From: Myxococcales bacterium
GTDB lineage: Bacteria > Myxococcota_A > UBA9042 > JABWCM01 > BTVJ01
Reading direction: 5' to 3'
DNA length: 64,000 bases
Assembly: GCA_045863395.1 (NCBI GenBank)
Contig: BTVJ01000033.1
Coordinates: 19,552-83,551 of the forward strand
Below, in pieces: positions 63,951 to 64,000 of this stretch. The notes under the pieces are model-generated. The model was not told the origin of the DNA. It made no database searches and worked only from the letters and a program-made list of their open reading frames with translations. Every line of letters begins with the position of its first letter. Position 1 is the stretch's first letter. The translations under genes and the position numbers were made by a program.

Positions 63951-64000
63951 TGACGCGCATCGGAAACCGCGCAAATCACAGCACGCCGGAGGGGGACTGG

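Overview
High-GC bacterial chromosomal DNA. PEGA, TPR, Ser/Thr kinase and MYXO-CTERM-like proteins point to Myxococcota or related Deltaproteobacteria (inference). Housekeeping blocks are a dTDP-sugar/glycosyltransferase cluster, tyrA, pheT-pheS, aroA, prfB with its +1 frameshift, msrA, lon and a cystathionine gamma-lyase/synthase. They surround an accessory island at about 24.5-39.9 kb. The main result is an apparently complete diversity-generating retroelement (DGR). Its target is a secreted 1177-aa fibre-like protein with a C-terminal FGE/C-type-lectin domain, whose 130-bp variable repeat (29121-29250) differs from a template repeat (32989-33118) at 13 positions, all template adenines. HRDC, Avd and reverse transcriptase genes follow the target. 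The layout is odd: the TR lies about 1.5 kb downstream of the RT, separated from it by an antisense Rpn-like gene. It is bracketed by two ~118-bp hairpin-forming direct repeats. A second Rpn-like gene flanks the other side, and both Rpn-like genes carry intragenic RBS+ATG starts. A paralogous fibre protein with a different, non-diversified tip lies downstream. No rRNA, tRNA or CRISPR array was recognised. Domain calls come from motif recognition by eye, not database searches.
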